From assembly GCA_022562055.1 (NCBI GenBank), contig JADFQA010000012.1:14483-78482 (forward strand): DNA of 64,000 bases, in the 5' to 3' direction. This document shows, one piece after another, positions 11,189 to 22,763 of this stretch. Both the position numbers and the translations under genes were made by a program. The stretch's first letter is position 1, and every line of letters starts with the position of its first letter. This DNA comes from Acidobacteriota bacterium. GTDB lineage: Bacteria > Actinomycetota > Acidimicrobiia > Spongiisociales > UBA5794. The notes below the pieces were generated by a model. That model saw nothing but the letters and a program-made list of their open reading frames with translations. It searched no databases and was not told the origin of the DNA.

Positions 11189-13012
11189 CTACTCGACGGT
11201 GACGCTCTTTGCGAGGTTGCGAGGCTGGTCTATGTCGTGACCACGCAGACGTGCCACATGGTACGCAAGAAGCTGCAGTGGTATCGCGGCAACGATCGGA
11301 CCGATCAGATCAGGCGCCGTGGGTATCCGCAGAACCAGGTCGGCCTCCCGCTCAATGTTGGTGTCGTCGTCGTATGCAACCGCGATGACGTGTGCGCCAC
11401 GAGCCTTTACCTCGGCAACAGCAGACATTGTCTTGTCGTACACGTCTCGCTGAGTCGCGACCGCAACGACAGGGACACCCGGGGTGATAAGAGCCAGTGT
11501 GCCGTGTTTCAGCTCGCCGGCGGGTAGTGCTTCGGAATGCAGGTATGAGACCTCCTTTAGCTTCAACGACGCCTCCATGGCGACCGCAAAATCGAGACCC
11601 CGCCCGATGAAGTAGCAGTCAGAGGCGTCAACGATCTGCTCGGCGGCGGCGATTGCAACATCTTCGCGTGCAAGGGCCTCTTCAATGTACGCGGGTAGAT
11701 GTTGGAGGCCGCGACCGATCTCGGCAGCTAAGGTTTGATCAACGTTGCCGCGAGCTTGACCAAGGTGCAGCGCCAGGAGATACTCGGCAACCAGCATCGC
11801 AACATATGCCTTGGTGGACGCGACTGAGATCTCTGGTCCGGCACGCGTGTACAGAATGTCGTCCGCACCGCGAGCCAGCGTCGACCCGACCACGTTGGTA
11901 AGCGCCAACATCCGGGATCCTTGACGCTGGGCGAGTCCCGCAGCGGCGAGGGTATCGGCGGTCTCGCCCGATTGCGACACTGCAACGGTTAGCGACTCAC
12001 TGCCGACGAGGGGGTCGCTGTAACGCATCTCGTGAGCGTATTCAACGTACGTTGGGATACGAAGCAGCTTGCGGAACAGCACCCCACCGACCAGTGCAGC
12101 GTGATACGCAGTGCCACATGCGGTGAACCAGACGGACTTGATCGACTGGGCGTAATCGGTGTCGAATGCAATATCCTCAAGCCATACGGAGCCGTCCTCA
12201 TCGAGGCGCCCGGCCAGAGTTTCCGATACCACGGTGGCCTGCTCGTGGATCTCCTTGAGCATGAAATGTTCGTAACCGCCCTTCTCCGCCATGCCCGCGT
12301 CCCAGTCGACGACAAACACTTCACGGTCTACCGGGTCGCCTGAGATCGTGGTTATGTGAGCACCGTCGTCGTCGACAACCACCATCTCACCGTCTTCGAT
12401 GATCAAGAACTTCCTCGTCCGATGCAGCACGGCTGGGATGTCGGACGCGATGAACGTCTCGCCGTCGCCGAGACCGATCACCATCGGCGACACCCTGCGC
12501 ACCGCGACGATCCTGCGCGGCTCGTACTCTGTCATCACGACCAGTGCGTACGCCCCCTCGGCCATGTCGACAACCGCTCGGACCGCGACAACAAGATCGC
12601 CGTCATACGCGTTCGCTACTAGGTGGGCGAGGATCTCGGTGTCGGTCTCTGAAGTGAACACATGACCTGTTTTGCGCAGCTCATCCCGCAGGGTCTGGTG
12701 ATTTTCAATGATGCCGTTGTGAACCACGACAAACTTGCCGCTCGCATCGGTGTGCGGGTGAGCGTTTGCGTCGCTCGGCACGCCATGGGTGGCCCAGCGC
12801 GTGTGGCCAATACCCACCGAACCAACCGGGTTGGCGTCGTCGATAACCGCCTGAAGCTTGTCGATCTTTCCCTGCGCCTTGAGCACCGATATCGACCCGT
12901 TAGTTACGGCGATCCCCGCCGAGTCATAACCCCGATACTCGAGCCGGCGCAGCCCGTCGAGAAGAATTTCTGCGGCCTCTTGAGGGCCGACATATCCCAT
13001 GATCCCGCACAT
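11189..13012 (-). CDS. glmS: Glutamine-fructose-6-P transaminase
   Basis: MCGIMG, GHTRWATHG, PRNLAKSVTVE. Confidence 0.99.
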   Translation of the reverse strand: MCGIMGYVGPQEAAEILLDGLRRLEYRGYDSAGIAVTNGSISVLKAQGKIDKLQAVIDDANPVGSVGIGHTRWATHGVPSDANAHPHTDASGKFVVVHNGIIENHQTLRDELRKTGHVFTSETDTEILAHLVANAYDGDLVVAVRAVVDMAEGAYALVVMTEYEPRRIVAVRRVSPMVIGLGDGETFIASDIPAVLHRTRKFLIIEDGEMVVVDDDGAHITTISGDPVDREVFVVDWDAGMAEKGGYEHFMLKEIHEQATVVSETLAGRLDEDGSVWLEDIAFDTDYAQSIKSVWFTACGTAYHAALVGGVLFRKLLRIPTYVEYAHEMRYSDPLVGSESLTVAVSQSGETADTLAAAGLAQRQGSRMLALTNVVGSTLARGADDILYTRAGPEISVASTKAYVAMLVAEYLLALHLGQARGNVDQTLAAEIGRGLQHLPAYIEEALAREDVAIAAAEQIVDASDCYFIGRGLDFAVAMEASLKLKEVSYLHSEALPAGELKHGTLALITPGVPVVAVATQRDVYDKTMSAVAEVKARGAHVIAVAYDDDTNIEREADLVLRIPTAPDLIGPIVAAIPLQLLAYHVARLRGHDIDQPRNLAKSVTVE

Positions 13013-13069
13013 TGCGCGACCTCCTGTGTTCCAGGACTGAGTCGCCGCGCAGGGTTCCCCTGCTTCACA

Positions 13070-13212
13070 TCGTTGCGGTCTTTGTTCCCAAAATCACTTC
13101 CAGGATATTCACCGCACCGTTTCGACCGTGAAAAGCCGAGAGAGCATCCGCCGAATCGTTCGATAACTCTCTTCCTCGTCACCTCGCCTAGGCGAGGCCT
13201 GGCGCTTCGTTA
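13070..13212 (-). ncRNA. glmS ribozyme (GlcN6P-activated)
   Basis: Minus strand AGCGCCAGG-P1-TGACGAGG..GTTATCGAA..TTCGGCGGATGC..CGG...ACAAA matches the conserved core, in the 5' UTR of glmS. Confidence 0.92.
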
Positions 13213-13270
13213 CAGCACCGACCAGTCGTTTGAATTGTCACAGCAGTATAGGACGGCAACCGATATGTGA

Positions 13271-14596
13271 CTACCCATGTTCGGCAGCCACGACGGCAGC
13301 TACCGTCTCCGCAATCTCGTTTGCCTTACCGATTTCACCAGCCTCAACCATCACTCGAATGAGCGGTTCAGTGCCAGAGGCGCGGACAAGGATCCGACCG
13401 TCCTGTCCGAGCGCAACCTCCGCCTCGGCTACTGCCTTCGTTATGGCGTCGTTGGTGTCCCAACCGGTCTTCGACGTTACGGTGACGTTGGTGAGCACCT
13501 GAGGGTAGGAACGCATCACCTTGCGCAACTCAGAGAGCCTCAGACCAGTCGCTGCAAGAACCTCTGCAAGTCGCAGCGCGGTGCGAAGGCCATCTCCCGT
13601 CGAGCGGTCCTCCAAAATGACGTGACCTGACTGCTCACCACCCAGGACAGCTCTCGACTTACGCATGGCGTCAAGCACCGCGCGATCCCCGACATCGGTC
13701 TCAATCACTTCGACCCCCAGACCGCCCATGGCGCGCTTAAACCCGAGGTTCGCCATGACAGTGGTCACGACGACGTTCCCCTTCAGCTTCCGCCTGTCGA
13801 TGGCGTGTTTCACCAGAATGGCGAGCACCACATCGCCGTCAACTACTTCGCCGTCCTCATCAACAGCGATCAACCGGTCAGCATCACCATCGAAGCAGAA
13901 CCCGACATGGCCGTTCGCCTGCTCAGCGAGCGCCTCCGGATACATGGCCCCGCAACCGTCGTTGATGTTCATCCCGGTTGGCTCGTCGTTAAATACCTCG
14001 ACGTGGGCGCCGAGGATCTCGAAAAGCATCGGGGCAGCTTGGAAGGCTGCCCCGTGAGCCGTATCCAACGCAAACTCAAGGCCCCGCAGCGAGTACGCGA
14101 CACCGTCCTTGATGTAGTCAACGTAACGTTGCACTGAATTGGCCATCGTTGTTTGGAACCCGACACCGGCACCGGCCACGGTCGCAACGGCAGCTCGGGA
14201 GTGGTAACGCCGCTCAATGGCGCGCTCCTCAGAGTCGCTGAGCTTGGCACCGTCGCGGCCAAAGAACTTGATGCCGTTGTCGGGCGCGGGGTTGTGCGAC
14301 GCGGAAACCATGACGCCGTATCTAGCACCGACGGAGCGGACCAACCGTGACACACCGCCGACGGGGATGATGCCGAGGTCAACCGTGTCAACACCGACGC
14401 TGTTGAACCCGGCATGCAGCGCGGCAGCGATCATCGTGCCCGATCGGCGGGTATCGCGACCGATCAGAACCGGTTCAGTGGCGGTCTTGTCGGTTGCCGC
14501 ACGGGCGAGCTGTATCGCAAGCTCCACGGTGATGTCGGTGTTTGCGCGACCGCGAACTCCATCAGTCCCGAACAACTTCTCGGAGCGATCACCCAT
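13271..14596 (-). CDS. glmM: Phosphoglucosamine mutase
   Basis: LFGTDGVRG, SASHNP, DGDADR, GGEQSGH; start approximate. Confidence 0.97.
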   Translation of the reverse strand: MGDRSEKLFGTDGVRGRANTDITVELAIQLARAATDKTATEPVLIGRDTRRSGTMIAAALHAGFNSVGVDTVDLGIIPVGGVSRLVRSVGARYGVMVSASHNPAPDNGIKFFGRDGAKLSDSEERAIERRYHSRAAVATVAGAGVGFQTTMANSVQRYVDYIKDGVAYSLRGLEFALDTAHGAAFQAAPMLFEILGAHVEVFNDEPTGMNINDGCGAMYPEALAEQANGHVGFCFDGDADRLIAVDEDGEVVDGDVVLAILVKHAIDRRKLKGNVVVTTVMANLGFKRAMGGLGVEVIETDVGDRAVLDAMRKSRAVLGGEQSGHVILEDRSTGDGLRTALRLAEVLAATGLRLSELRKVMRSYPQVLTNVTVTSKTGWDTNDAITKAVAEAEVALGQDGRILVRASGTEPLIRVMVEAGEIGKANEIAETVAAVVAAEHG

Positions 14597-14617
14597 GCGT
14601 GCGGGCACGACCGCGGA

Positions 14618-15010
14618 TTAACGCTTGGTGAACTGAGGTGCGCGGCGCGCCTTGCGCAGCCCGTACTTCTTGCGCTCAACACGACGCGAGTCGCGCGTGA
14701 GAAGGCCTTCCTTCTTCAACGCAGGACGAAGTTCTGGATCGAACTCAATAAGCGCACGCGCAATGCCGAGACGCATAGCGTCAGATTGGCCCGTGAGACC
14801 GCCGCCGTGCAAAGTGGTATCGATATCGAACTTGCCCTCAGCCTCAACAACCTTGAACGGTGCCATGACGCGGAGCTGGACCGCCGGATCGGGGAAGTAG
14901 TCCTCAAGGGTGCGGCCGTTGAGTTTCATCTCTCCGGTGCCCACGGTGAGGCGCACCCTCGCAACGGAACTCTTGCGGCGACCAGTGGCCTGAATCATTG
15001 CGTTTGCCAT
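14618..15010 (-). CDS. rpsI: 30S protein S9
   Basis: [29 protein letters not shown]. Confidence 0.98.
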   Translation of the reverse strand: MANAMIQATGRRKSSVARVRLTVGTGEMKLNGRTLEDYFPDPAVQLRVMAPFKVVEAEGKFDIDTTLHGGGLTGQSDAMRLGIARALIEFDPELRPALKKEGLLTRDSRRVERKKYGLRKARRAPQFTKR

Positions 15011-15468
15011 TAGCGATTAACCTTTCCAAGCTCAAGCGGTTGCGGATCCTGGGCTGCATGTGGGTGCTCGGGGCCGGCATACACCTTCATTTTCTTAATC
15101 ATTTGACGGCCGAGGCGGTTTTTCGGAAGCATGCCTCTCACCGCGGACTCGATAATGCGCTGTGGGTAGGTTGCCCGTAGCGTCCCAAGGTTCACTTCGC
15201 GAAGCCCACCCGGAAAACCGGAGTGGCGGAAGTACATCTTGTCCTCTTCCTTGTTGCCGGTGACGAATACTTTGCTGGCGTTGATCACGATGACGTGGTC
15301 GCCCACATCCATGTGCGGAGCAAACATCGGCTTGTTCTTCCCGCGAAGGATCGTCGCGATCTCGGAGGCCAGACGACCAAGAGTTGCGCCGTCAGCATCA
15401 ACCACGAACCAAGAGCGATGGATGTCGCCGGGTTTAGGCGAATACGTTTTCTGAAGTTTTGGTTTCAT
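15010..15468 (-). CDS. rplM: 50S protein L13
   Basis: [25 protein letters not shown]. Confidence 0.98.
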   Translation of the reverse strand: MKPKLQKTYSPKPGDIHRSWFVVDADGATLGRLASEIATILRGKNKPMFAPHMDVGDHVIVINASKVFVTGNKEEDKMYFRHSGFPGGLREVNLGTLRATYPQRIIESAVRGMLPKNRLGRQMIKKMKVYAGPEHPHAAQDPQPLELGKVNR

Positions 15469-15601
15469 GGCTCAACCCTCGAACAAAAACAGGACACAAG
15501 GATACCCCCGGGACACCGAGGACGGACACGAATTGTAAGCGAGACCGCCCGTTCGTGCCAATCCATACCGGGATGGTCCGCCATGCGTTAGCCTCCACGC
15601 C

Positions 15602-16825
15602 ATGGTCGAACGCCTCATCGTGGAAGAGATTGTCGAGGCCCGCAAGAGGGGCTCCTCGGTCGTTCTCGAAACGCCTGTGCTGCCGTCGACTTCGTTCTCC
15701 AAGCTCAGCGGACGAGACGTGATTCTTAAGGCGGAAAACCTCCAGCGCACAGGGTCGTTCAAGATTCGAGGCGCAATGAACGCCCTGTCTCTCCTCGACG
15801 ACGATCAGGCAAAACGTGGGGTCGTTGCCGCGTCGGCTGGTAACCACGCCCAAGGGATAGCGCTCGCCGCCAAGACACTCGGCATCCCCGCCACGGTCTT
15901 TATGCCCGAGGGAGCTGCCATCCCCAAGATCAACGCGACCGAGAGCTACGGTGCGACGGTCAAGATTGCAGGTGCGAACCTCGGCGAGGCTGTCGAACAC
16001 GCACGAGCGTTCGAAAGCGAGACCGGCGCACGGTTCATTCACCCTTACGATGATCGGGCCATCATTGCAGGCCAGGGAACACTTGGGCTTGAGACCCTCG
16101 AACAGGTACCCGACATGGCGACGCTTGTTCTACCAGTCGGCGGCGGCGGCCTGATCGGTGGCACATCAACCGCGATAAAAGCACTGCGCCCCGACATCAC
16201 CATCGTCGGGGTTCAATCGGCGGCGATACCGACGTATGTCGAGAGTCGTCGTCGCGGCGAACCAACCGCCGTTGAACCCCGGCCCACAATTGCTGACGGT
16301 ATCGCGTGTCATCTGCCTTCGCAGCTTGCCTTTGATTGCATCGAGCGCTGGGTAGACGACATCGTGACCGTCGACGACACAGCGATTACCAAGTCGGTGA
16401 CGCTGCTTCTCGAACGCGCAAAGTATCTCGTCGAACCGAGCGGGGCGGTAACGCTCGCCGCGTTGCTTGCCGGCAAGGTCGCCAGCGGCAACGGACCTGT
16501 GGTGTTGGTGCTGTCCGGAGGCAACATTGACCTTCTTCTCCTCGACCAGCTCGTACGCCACGGGCAGGAGGCACGCGGGCGGTTTGCGTCTTTGAAGGTG
16601 TGGGTTGCTGACAGCCCGGGCCAACTTGCCGGGGTGCTTGAGACACTCGCCGCCGGGGGCGCCAACCTGTTGTCAGTTGAGCACCACCGCGAGGGTTCCG
16701 GTCTGCCGTTTGGCATGGTGCAGATACAGCTCACGTTTGCCACCAGGTCCTGGTCCCACATTGACGAGATCGTCGCTGCCTTTGAAGACAACGGCGCCAC
16801 AATCAAATCCCGACCAACCCGATAG
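15602..16825 (+). CDS. ilvA: Threonine ammonia-lyase with C-terminal ACT domain
   Basis: KAENLQRTGSFKIRGA, SAGNHAQG, SGGNID. Confidence 0.92.
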   Translation: MVERLIVEEIVEARKRGSSVVLETPVLPSTSFSKLSGRDVILKAENLQRTGSFKIRGAMNALSLLDDDQAKRGVVAASAGNHAQGIALAAKTLGIPATVFMPEGAAIPKINATESYGATVKIAGANLGEAVEHARAFESETGARFIHPYDDRAIIAGQGTLGLETLEQVPDMATLVLPVGGGGLIGGTSTAIKALRPDITIVGVQSAAIPTYVESRRRGEPTAVEPRPTIADGIACHLPSQLAFDCIERWVDDIVTVDDTAITKSVTLLLERAKYLVEPSGAVTLAALLAGKVASGNGPVVLVLSGGNIDLLLLDQLVRHGQEARGRFASLKVWVADSPGQLAGVLETLAAGGANLLSVEHHREGSGLPFGMVQIQLTFATRSWSHIDEIVAAFEDNGATIKSRPTR

Positions 16826-16849
16826 TCCCGCAAACCCGAACACTCGCGT

Positions 16850-17581
16850 CTAGGGGTATTTCACCTCGACGAGTGTGAGACCGCGGGCCGGGGCGGCACC
16901 GTTGCCTCCGCGACGGTCTCTTGACTCGATGACCGCAGGCACATCACCCTCGGGGAGCTTTCCCCTGCCGACATCGACACACAGCGCAACAATCGAACGC
17001 ACCATCTGATGGCAAAACGACGACGCCTCGATCCTGAAGACTGTGAGCTCGCCCTCCCTGGCCCACGCTGTCGATATCACCGACCGTTCGGTTGAACGCC
17101 CAACGGCGGCACGACAAAAGGACGCAAAATCCATCGTCCCGATGAAGAGTTGAGCAACACGGTGCATCACAGCCACATCGAGATCATGGTGCACGTGCCA
17201 TACACGACCGGCGAGGAAGGGATCGGGGTGTAAACGGTCCAAGATCTGATATCGATACACCCTGCTAACGGCGTCAAACCTGGCATGAAAATCGTCGTCA
17301 ACCGGCTCAAATGACGACACCGCAATTGACGGGGCAAGCCTCTTGTTCAACGAGCGCTTTATCTTGTCTGGGATGATCTCATGATCTGTGGAGAAGCTGA
17401 CGACCTGGCCAGTTGCGTGAACTCCGGCGTCGGTCCGACCCGCGACAATCGTTTTCACATCGGGGATGTGCAGCGAAAGCTGTGCCTCCAACGCCCCCTG
17501 CACCGTGCGCACGTTTGGTTGAATTGCGTACCCTCGGAAGTCGCCCCCGTCGTAGGCGAGGTCGATCCGATAGGTCGTCAT
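16850..17581 (-). CDS. truA: tRNA pseudouridine(38-40) synthase
   Basis: AYDG, AGRTDAGVHA, FCHQMVR. Confidence 0.97.
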   Translation of the reverse strand: MTTYRIDLAYDGGDFRGYAIQPNVRTVQGALEAQLSLHIPDVKTIVAGRTDAGVHATGQVVSFSTDHEIIPDKIKRSLNKRLAPSIAVSSFEPVDDDFHARFDAVSRVYRYQILDRLHPDPFLAGRVWHVHHDLDVAVMHRVAQLFIGTMDFASFCRAAVGRSTERSVISTAWAREGELTVFRIEASSFCHQMVRSIVALCVDVGRGKLPEGDVPAVIESRDRRGGNGAAPARGLTLVEVKYP

Positions 17582-18112
17582 CTAGATGATGCCCCAACCG
17601 AGAATCTGGGCAAGCAAGTACCAGCCGACGAGTCCCAGAACGGCGGCGAAAACGGCCTTGCTCGTTTCCAGGTTCGCCTCATACACCAGGCCGCGTGCAA
17701 CGATCGCGAGCAGCCACGCTGAGCCAGTGAGTAACACGACAAACGGCGAGGAGGACAGTTCTCGCGAAATCAGCACCAACAACATCGTCGGATATGCGAA
17801 ACCGACGACTCTCAGAATCACAACATAGGCGCCGCTACCCTGGAACAGGTACTTCGAGGCACCAAAGGTGATTCCCGAGAACGCCAGCCAGAACACCAGC
17901 GCGTTGAGCATTGCCTGAAAGAAGACGTTGATCCCAGCCGAGCTTGAGATGATCGTCAGCGGCCCGATGCCAAAACCCATAAGCATGAGAAACCGTGTGA
18001 CGAGAACGAGAAGCACTGCGTCGCCCGTTGCTCGGTCGTTGAGATACATCCACACAAACGCGGAACGATCCATCCGAAGCGTCTGGGCCAATCGATGCAG
18101 AACTTCGTTCAC
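17582..18112 (-). CDS. Hypothetical multi-pass membrane protein (Yip1-like)
   Basis: About five hydrophobic segments; abuts truA. Confidence 0.6.
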   Translation of the reverse strand: MNEVLHRLAQTLRMDRSAFVWMYLNDRATGDAVLLVLVTRFLMLMGFGIGPLTIISSSAGINVFFQAMLNALVFWLAFSGITFGASKYLFQGSGAYVVILRVVGFAYPTMLLVLISRELSSSPFVVLLTGSAWLLAIVARGLVYEANLETSKAVFAAVLGLVGWYLLAQILGWGII

Positions 18113-18181
18113 GAATCAACCTTCCATCGCGGGGAGCGTCACTGAGCATCCCCGAACTCTCCGGCGATGGTAGATGGGAGC

Positions 18182-18748
18182 TTACCGATTGAACGGACTG
18201 GTGACATCCATGACCATTGTGAGAAGCTTCGTTGCGGGACGCTTCACGGACTCGTCGTACTGGGCCGCGAGTACGTCGTCGAAACCGATCCACTCGGCGG
18301 CGCGGACCTCGCTCGACGGTGTCAGCCGATCTGAGGCCGCCTGGAAGGCAAACCGAACATCAAAGTGCACATGACCAGGTTGGTCTCCATGCGCCGGAAT
18401 GTCGTGGGCATCGATATCGAACAGAATTCCGGCACGCTTGGAGAGTTCCACACCGGTCTCCTCGGTCACTTCTCGACGGGCGGCAGCTTCAAGAGTTGCG
18501 TCCTCAGACTCGACATGCCCGCCGGGTTGCACCCAGATGCCAAGCTTGCCGTGGTAAATCAACAGCGTGCGACGCTGTGTCGTATCGACGACAAAACCCG
18601 ACGCAGTGATATGACCCGGCACGAGTTGCTCACCGGAAAACGGTGCATCGGTATCGGCCAACAAAGCAAGGGTGTCCTTGAGAGCTTGCTGTTCATCGAG
18701 CGACGCCGAATACGACTGCAACGAATTGATAACTTGCGGGATGTTCAT
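18182..18748 (-). CDS. NUDIX hydrolase
   Basis: Nudix box GGHVE..D....AAARREVTEETG. Confidence 0.9.
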   Translation of the reverse strand: MNIPQVINSLQSYSASLDEQQALKDTLALLADTDAPFSGEQLVPGHITASGFVVDTTQRRTLLIYHGKLGIWVQPGGHVESEDATLEAAARREVTEETGVELSKRAGILFDIDAHDIPAHGDQPGHVHFDVRFAFQAASDRLTPSSEVRAAEWIGFDDVLAAQYDESVKRPATKLLTMVMDVTSPFNR

Positions 18749-18864
18749 GGTGACTTCCGAAATAGGAGTGCCGTACGGGCGCTGGCGGTGCGGCCAGCCG
18801 ACCCATGCACGGTTGTAGCACGCTGGCCGTGTCAGCGGGTGGGGGTAGGACTATCGGGTGTTGG

Positions 18865-19215
18865 TTAGACCAGCTCGATGCGAGCGAGTTCGGTACCGTC
18901 GCCGCGGCGAGGCCCTAGCTTCGTGATTCGGGTGTAGCCGCCGTTGCGGTCGGCGTACCGTGGACCAATTTCGTCGAACAGTTTCGTCACAGCGTCGTTG
19001 TTCGGCAACTTTGCTAGAACAAGCCTGCGGGAATGAAGATCGCCTGCGCGAGCCTTCGTGATGAGCTTCTCAATAAACGGTCGCAACACCTTGGCCTTGG
19101 TCACGGTTGTCGTGATCCCCTCTGCCTCGATCAACGAAGCCGCGAGGTTCGAGAGAATCTTGCGCTGGTGGCTTGGACTACCGCCGAGACGTTTGCCCTT
19201 GCGGGGTGCAGGCAT
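18865..19215 (-). CDS. rplQ: 50S protein L17
   Basis: [17 protein letters not shown]. Confidence 0.98.
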   Translation of the reverse strand: MPAPRKGKRLGGSPSHQRKILSNLAASLIEAEGITTTVTKAKVLRPFIEKLITKARAGDLHSRRLVLAKLPNNDAVTKLFDEIGPRYADRNGGYTRITKLGPRRGDGTELARIELV

Positions 19216-20168
19216 TAGATGGTCCCTGTATCAATATCAGCAGACGCTGGAAGAGACAGGCCAAGCTCGTCGAGCTTTGCAGTGACTTCCTCAAGGCTCT
19301 TCTGCCCAAAGTTGGTGATGTTGAGCAATTCGTCTTCGGTCTTCGTCACAAGCTCGCCAACGGTCTGCACCTGCGCACGACGCAGGCAGTTACGGGGACG
19401 TTCCGAAAGGTCAAGCGCCTCGATAGGCAGATCCAAGTCTGGCGACGTCGAGTCAGCAACGACGACATCTCCGAGCGTGAGACCCGCGGTCTCCTCCATG
19501 TCGGCAAACAAACCGAGTAGGTCGCGCAGGGTTTTACCGGCGGACGACATGGCCTCGGACGGCGACATGGAACCATCGGTCTCAACATCAACAGTGAGCT
19601 TGTCAAAGTTGGTGATCTGGCCGACCTGGGTCGTGTCGACCCTGTAGGCAACTTTGGTCACCGGTGAAAAAATCGAGTCGATCGGAATCACTCCGATTAC
19701 CTCGGACTTCTTGTTGCGATCAGCGCTGCGATACCCAACACCACGCTCGGCGCCGAACTCGGCCTCAATCTTGCCGGTCTTAGACATCGTCACAAGATGC
19801 AGATCAGGGTTGAGGATCTCAACACCAGCGGGGACCTTCAAGTCTCCAGCAGTTACCTCGCCCGCACCCTTCACCGACAAGTAAAGGGTGACAGGTTCGT
19901 CAACCTCAATTTTTAAAACGACCTTCTTGAGGTTGAGGATAAAGTCGACAACGTCCTCAACAACACCTTCAACAGTTGTGAACTCGTGCTGAACACCCTC
20001 GATACGAACGGAACTGATAGCAGCACCTGGAATACGAGACAGCAGCGTCCTACGCAGGGTGTTGCCGAGTGTGTAACCAAAGCCAGGCTCAAGCGGTTGG
20101 ACCACGAACCGTGATCGATCCTCAGAGACCTCGACTTCTTCTATTTGTGGACGCTGCACAATGAGCAC
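19215..20168 (-). CDS. rpoA: RNA polymerase alpha
   Basis: [30 protein letters not shown]; GTG start after GGAG. Confidence 0.98.
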   Translation of the reverse strand: MLIVQRPQIEEVEVSEDRSRFVVQPLEPGFGYTLGNTLRRTLLSRIPGAAISSVRIEGVQHEFTTVEGVVEDVVDFILNLKKVVLKIEVDEPVTLYLSVKGAGEVTAGDLKVPAGVEILNPDLHLVTMSKTGKIEAEFGAERGVGYRSADRNKKSEVIGVIPIDSIFSPVTKVAYRVDTTQVGQITNFDKLTVDVETDGSMSPSEAMSSAGKTLRDLLGLFADMEETAGLTLGDVVVADSTSPDLDLPIEALDLSERPRNCLRRAQVQTVGELVTKTEDELLNITNFGQKSLEEVTAKLDELGLSLPASADIDTGTI

Positions 20169-20199
20169 GTTGCGCTCCTCAGGTAAGGGGGGGGTGGAC

Positions 20200-20805
20200 T
20201 TACTTTGAGTACAGCTCGACGATGAGCTGCTCTTTAATATCGGTGTCAATCTGTTCCCGTGTTGGCATCGAGTCGACTGTGATCTTGCGATCTGTCTTGT
20301 CGACTGTCATCCACTCGGGAGCTGATCGATCAATGGTGTCTATAGAGTGCTGAATCGGCAAGGTGTTACGAGAACGCTCCTTCACCGTCACAACATCTCC
20401 GGCAGAAACTTGGAAGGAAGGGATGTCAACCTTCTTGCCGTTGACCAGAAAGTGGGCGTGGTTCACCAACTGACGAGCCTGCGGGCGGGTCGCCGCCAAA
20501 CCGGCGCGGTAGACAACGTTGTCGAGACGTGTCTCAAGAATCACCATCAGGTTCTCACCCGTAATGCCGGCCTGGCGAGACGATTCGCGGTAGTACCGGC
20601 GGAACTGCTTTTCGAGAACGCCGTAGATGAACTTCAGCTTCTGCTTCTCGCGGAGCTGAACTTGGTACAGCGATTCACGGATCCGACCGCGGCCGTGCTC
20701 ACCCGGCGGGTACGGCCGACGGTCAAAGTACTTTGCCTTGTTTTCGTCGAGCAACTGTCGGGCACGACGCGAAACCTTGGTGCGTGGTCCGGTGTAACGA
20801 GCCAT
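20200..20805 (-). CDS. rpsD: 30S protein S4 (Cys-free form)
   Basis: MARYTGP, LETRLDNVVYR, LIVELYSK. Confidence 0.98.
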   Translation of the reverse strand: MARYTGPRTKVSRRARQLLDENKAKYFDRRPYPPGEHGRGRIRESLYQVQLREKQKLKFIYGVLEKQFRRYYRESSRQAGITGENLMVILETRLDNVVYRAGLAATRPQARQLVNHAHFLVNGKKVDIPSFQVSAGDVVTVKERSRNTLPIQHSIDTIDRSAPEWMTVDKTDRKITVDSMPTREQIDTDIKEQLIVELYSK

Positions 20806-20807
20806 GC

Positions 20808-21191
20808 CTAACGGCCCTTCCGCTTCTTAGGGCGGCAACCGTTGTGCGGCGTAGGTGTCACATCACGGATGCCCGTGATGTCAACGCCACTGTTCTGGAG
20901 GGTGCGGATGGCAGTATCCCGACCCGAACCCGAACCGCGGACGATGATATCCAACTTGCGCATCCCCATCTCGGTAGCGCGACGCCCGGCCTGTTCCGCG
21001 GCGACCTGGGCGGCGTATGGCGTCGACTTGCGCGAACCCTTGAATCCGACCGAGCCACCCGAAGTCCATCCGACCGCTTGGCCAGACAGGTCTGTGAGGG
21101 TGATGATCGTGTTGTTGAACGTCGCCTTGATATGGGCTTGGCCGTGTGGGATGTTCCGCTTGGTACGACGTTTACGTGGTGCTTGAGCCAT
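20808..21191 (-). CDS. rpsK: 30S protein S11
   Basis: [27 protein letters not shown]. Confidence 0.98.
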   Translation of the reverse strand: MAQAPRKRRTKRNIPHGQAHIKATFNNTIITLTDLSGQAVGWTSGGSVGFKGSRKSTPYAAQVAAEQAGRRATEMGMRKLDIIVRGSGSGRDTAIRTLQNSGVDITGIRDVTPTPHNGCRPKKRKGR

Positions 21192-21193
21192 GG

Positions 21194-21571
21194 CTACTTT
21201 TGGACCTTCTTCTTCCCGGCGATTGCGACTGCCTTGCCCTTACGGGTGCGGGCGTTGGTGTGGGTGCGCTGACCGCGCACCGGCAGACCACGACGATGGC
21301 GGAGTCCCTGGTAGCAACCGATTTCGATTTTGCGCTTGATGTTCTGTGCTACCTCGCGACGAAGGTCACCTTCCACGGTGTACTGCTCACCGATGAACCG
21401 ACGGAGCTCGACAGCCTCGGTGTCGGTGAGGTCGCGGACTTTGGTGTCGGGATCGAGTTCGAGTGCCTCAAGAATCTGGAGCGACCGTGAGCGTCCAATC
21501 CCAAAGACGTAGGTCAACCCGATTTCGATTCGTTTATCTCTCGGGAGATCAGTCCCTGCAATTCGTGCCAT
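21194..21571 (-). CDS. rpsM: 30S protein S13
   Basis: [24 protein letters not shown]. Confidence 0.98.
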   Translation of the reverse strand: MARIAGTDLPRDKRIEIGLTYVFGIGRSRSLQILEALELDPDTKVRDLTDTEAVELRRFIGEQYTVEGDLRREVAQNIKRKIEIGCYQGLRHRRGLPVRGQRTHTNARTRKGKAVAIAGKKKVQK

Positions 21572-21579
21572 CTGTTCAA

Positions 21580-21693
21580 CTACCCCTGGCGCTGCTTGTG
21601 TCGCGGATTCGGGCAGATGACACGCACGCGACCGTGGCGCCGGATAACCCGGCACTTGTCACACATCTTTTTTGCTGATGCTGAAACCTTCAT
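21580..21693 (-). CDS. rpmJ: 50S protein L36 (Zn-binding form)
   Basis: [14 protein letters not shown]...[12 protein letters not shown]. Confidence 0.97.
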   Translation of the reverse strand: MKVSASAKKMCDKCRVIRRHGRVRVICPNPRHKQRQG

Positions 21694-21911
21694 CGGTACC
21701 TGTACGTGATTCTGCCTCGGTCGAGGTCGTACGGTGACATTGCCAAACGTACCCTGTCGCCCGGAAGGATACGGATGTAGTGCATCCGCATCTTGCCCGA
21801 GATGTGGCACAGCACCTCATGCTCATTGTCAAGCTTCACCCGAAACATTGCGTTCGGGAGAGGCGTCACAACAGTACCCTCGACCTCAATTACATCGTCT
21901 TTTTTCGCCAC
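21690..21911 (-). CDS. infA: Initiation factor IF-1
   Basis: [25 protein letters not shown]. Confidence 0.98.
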   Translation of the reverse strand: MAKKDDVIEVEGTVVTPLPNAMFRVKLDNEHEVLCHISGKMRMHYIRILPGDRVRLAMSPYDLDRGRITYRYR

Positions 21912-22049
21912 AAGAAATTCCCGACCCGGACATGGGCCGGAGCGATACTATAGGGACGGCCCGAAAGGACCACAAATTAGCAAGCGTAACAAAGCCGCCC
22001 ACACAATGAAGCCGAACGGACTCGGCCCACCGAGACGTCAGCACTGTGC

Positions 22050-22763
22050 CTACAAGATTACACGAGACTGTATCACGGGTCCAATTATCCACACCGCTGG
22101 CGACTCGACATACGCCTCCCCGCGAGCAACCTCTCCAAGCGTCGCGATGACCACTAACTCAGTGTCCTTTGTGGCGTTCTCAACAAATGCCACGGGTTCC
22201 GACTCGGACCGACCACGATTGATGAGTGAACGCGCGATTCTTCGTCGGTTGGCAACGCCCATCAAGACGACGAGCGTATCAGCCTGGGCGCAGCGATCCC
22301 AGGAGTCCTCGGCGTCGGTGATCGTGTGACCGGTGACCACCGTAAAAGACCGCGCAACACCGCGTAGGGTCAGTGGGATACCCGCAATCGGACCGGCGGC
22401 GAGCGCCGACGACACCCCGGGAACGGTGACAACATCGATCCCGGCGGCTACAAATGCCTGCCACTCCTCGATCCCCCTGCCGAACACAAACGGGTCTCCA
22501 CCCTTGAGTCGGACAACGTGGGATCCACGCTGCGCCCTGTCGATCGCGGTCGAAACGATGAGCGCTTGGATCTCATCTTCGTGACCGGGCCGCTTGCCGA
22601 CATCGATGATCTCAGCCGATGGCCGAGCCCAACCAAGCGCGCGTTTATCGACCAGACGGTCGTGCAGGATCACATCTGCGGTCTCGATCGCCCGTCTTCC
22701 TCTCACTGTGATGAGATCCGGGTCGCCGGGGCCAGCCCCGACGAGCGTCACGACACCGCTCAT
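22050..22763 (-). CDS. cobA: Uroporphyrinogen-III C-methyltransferase
   Basis: [28 protein letters not shown]. Confidence 0.93.
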   Translation of the reverse strand: MSGVVTLVGAGPGDPDLITVRGRRAIETADVILHDRLVDKRALGWARPSAEIIDVGKRPGHEDEIQALIVSTAIDRAQRGSHVVRLKGGDPFVFGRGIEEWQAFVAAGIDVVTVPGVSSALAAGPIAGIPLTLRGVARSFTVVTGHTITDAEDSWDRCAQADTLVVLMGVANRRRIARSLINRGRSESEPVAFVENATKDTELVVIATLGEVARGEAYVESPAVWIIGPVIQSRVIL

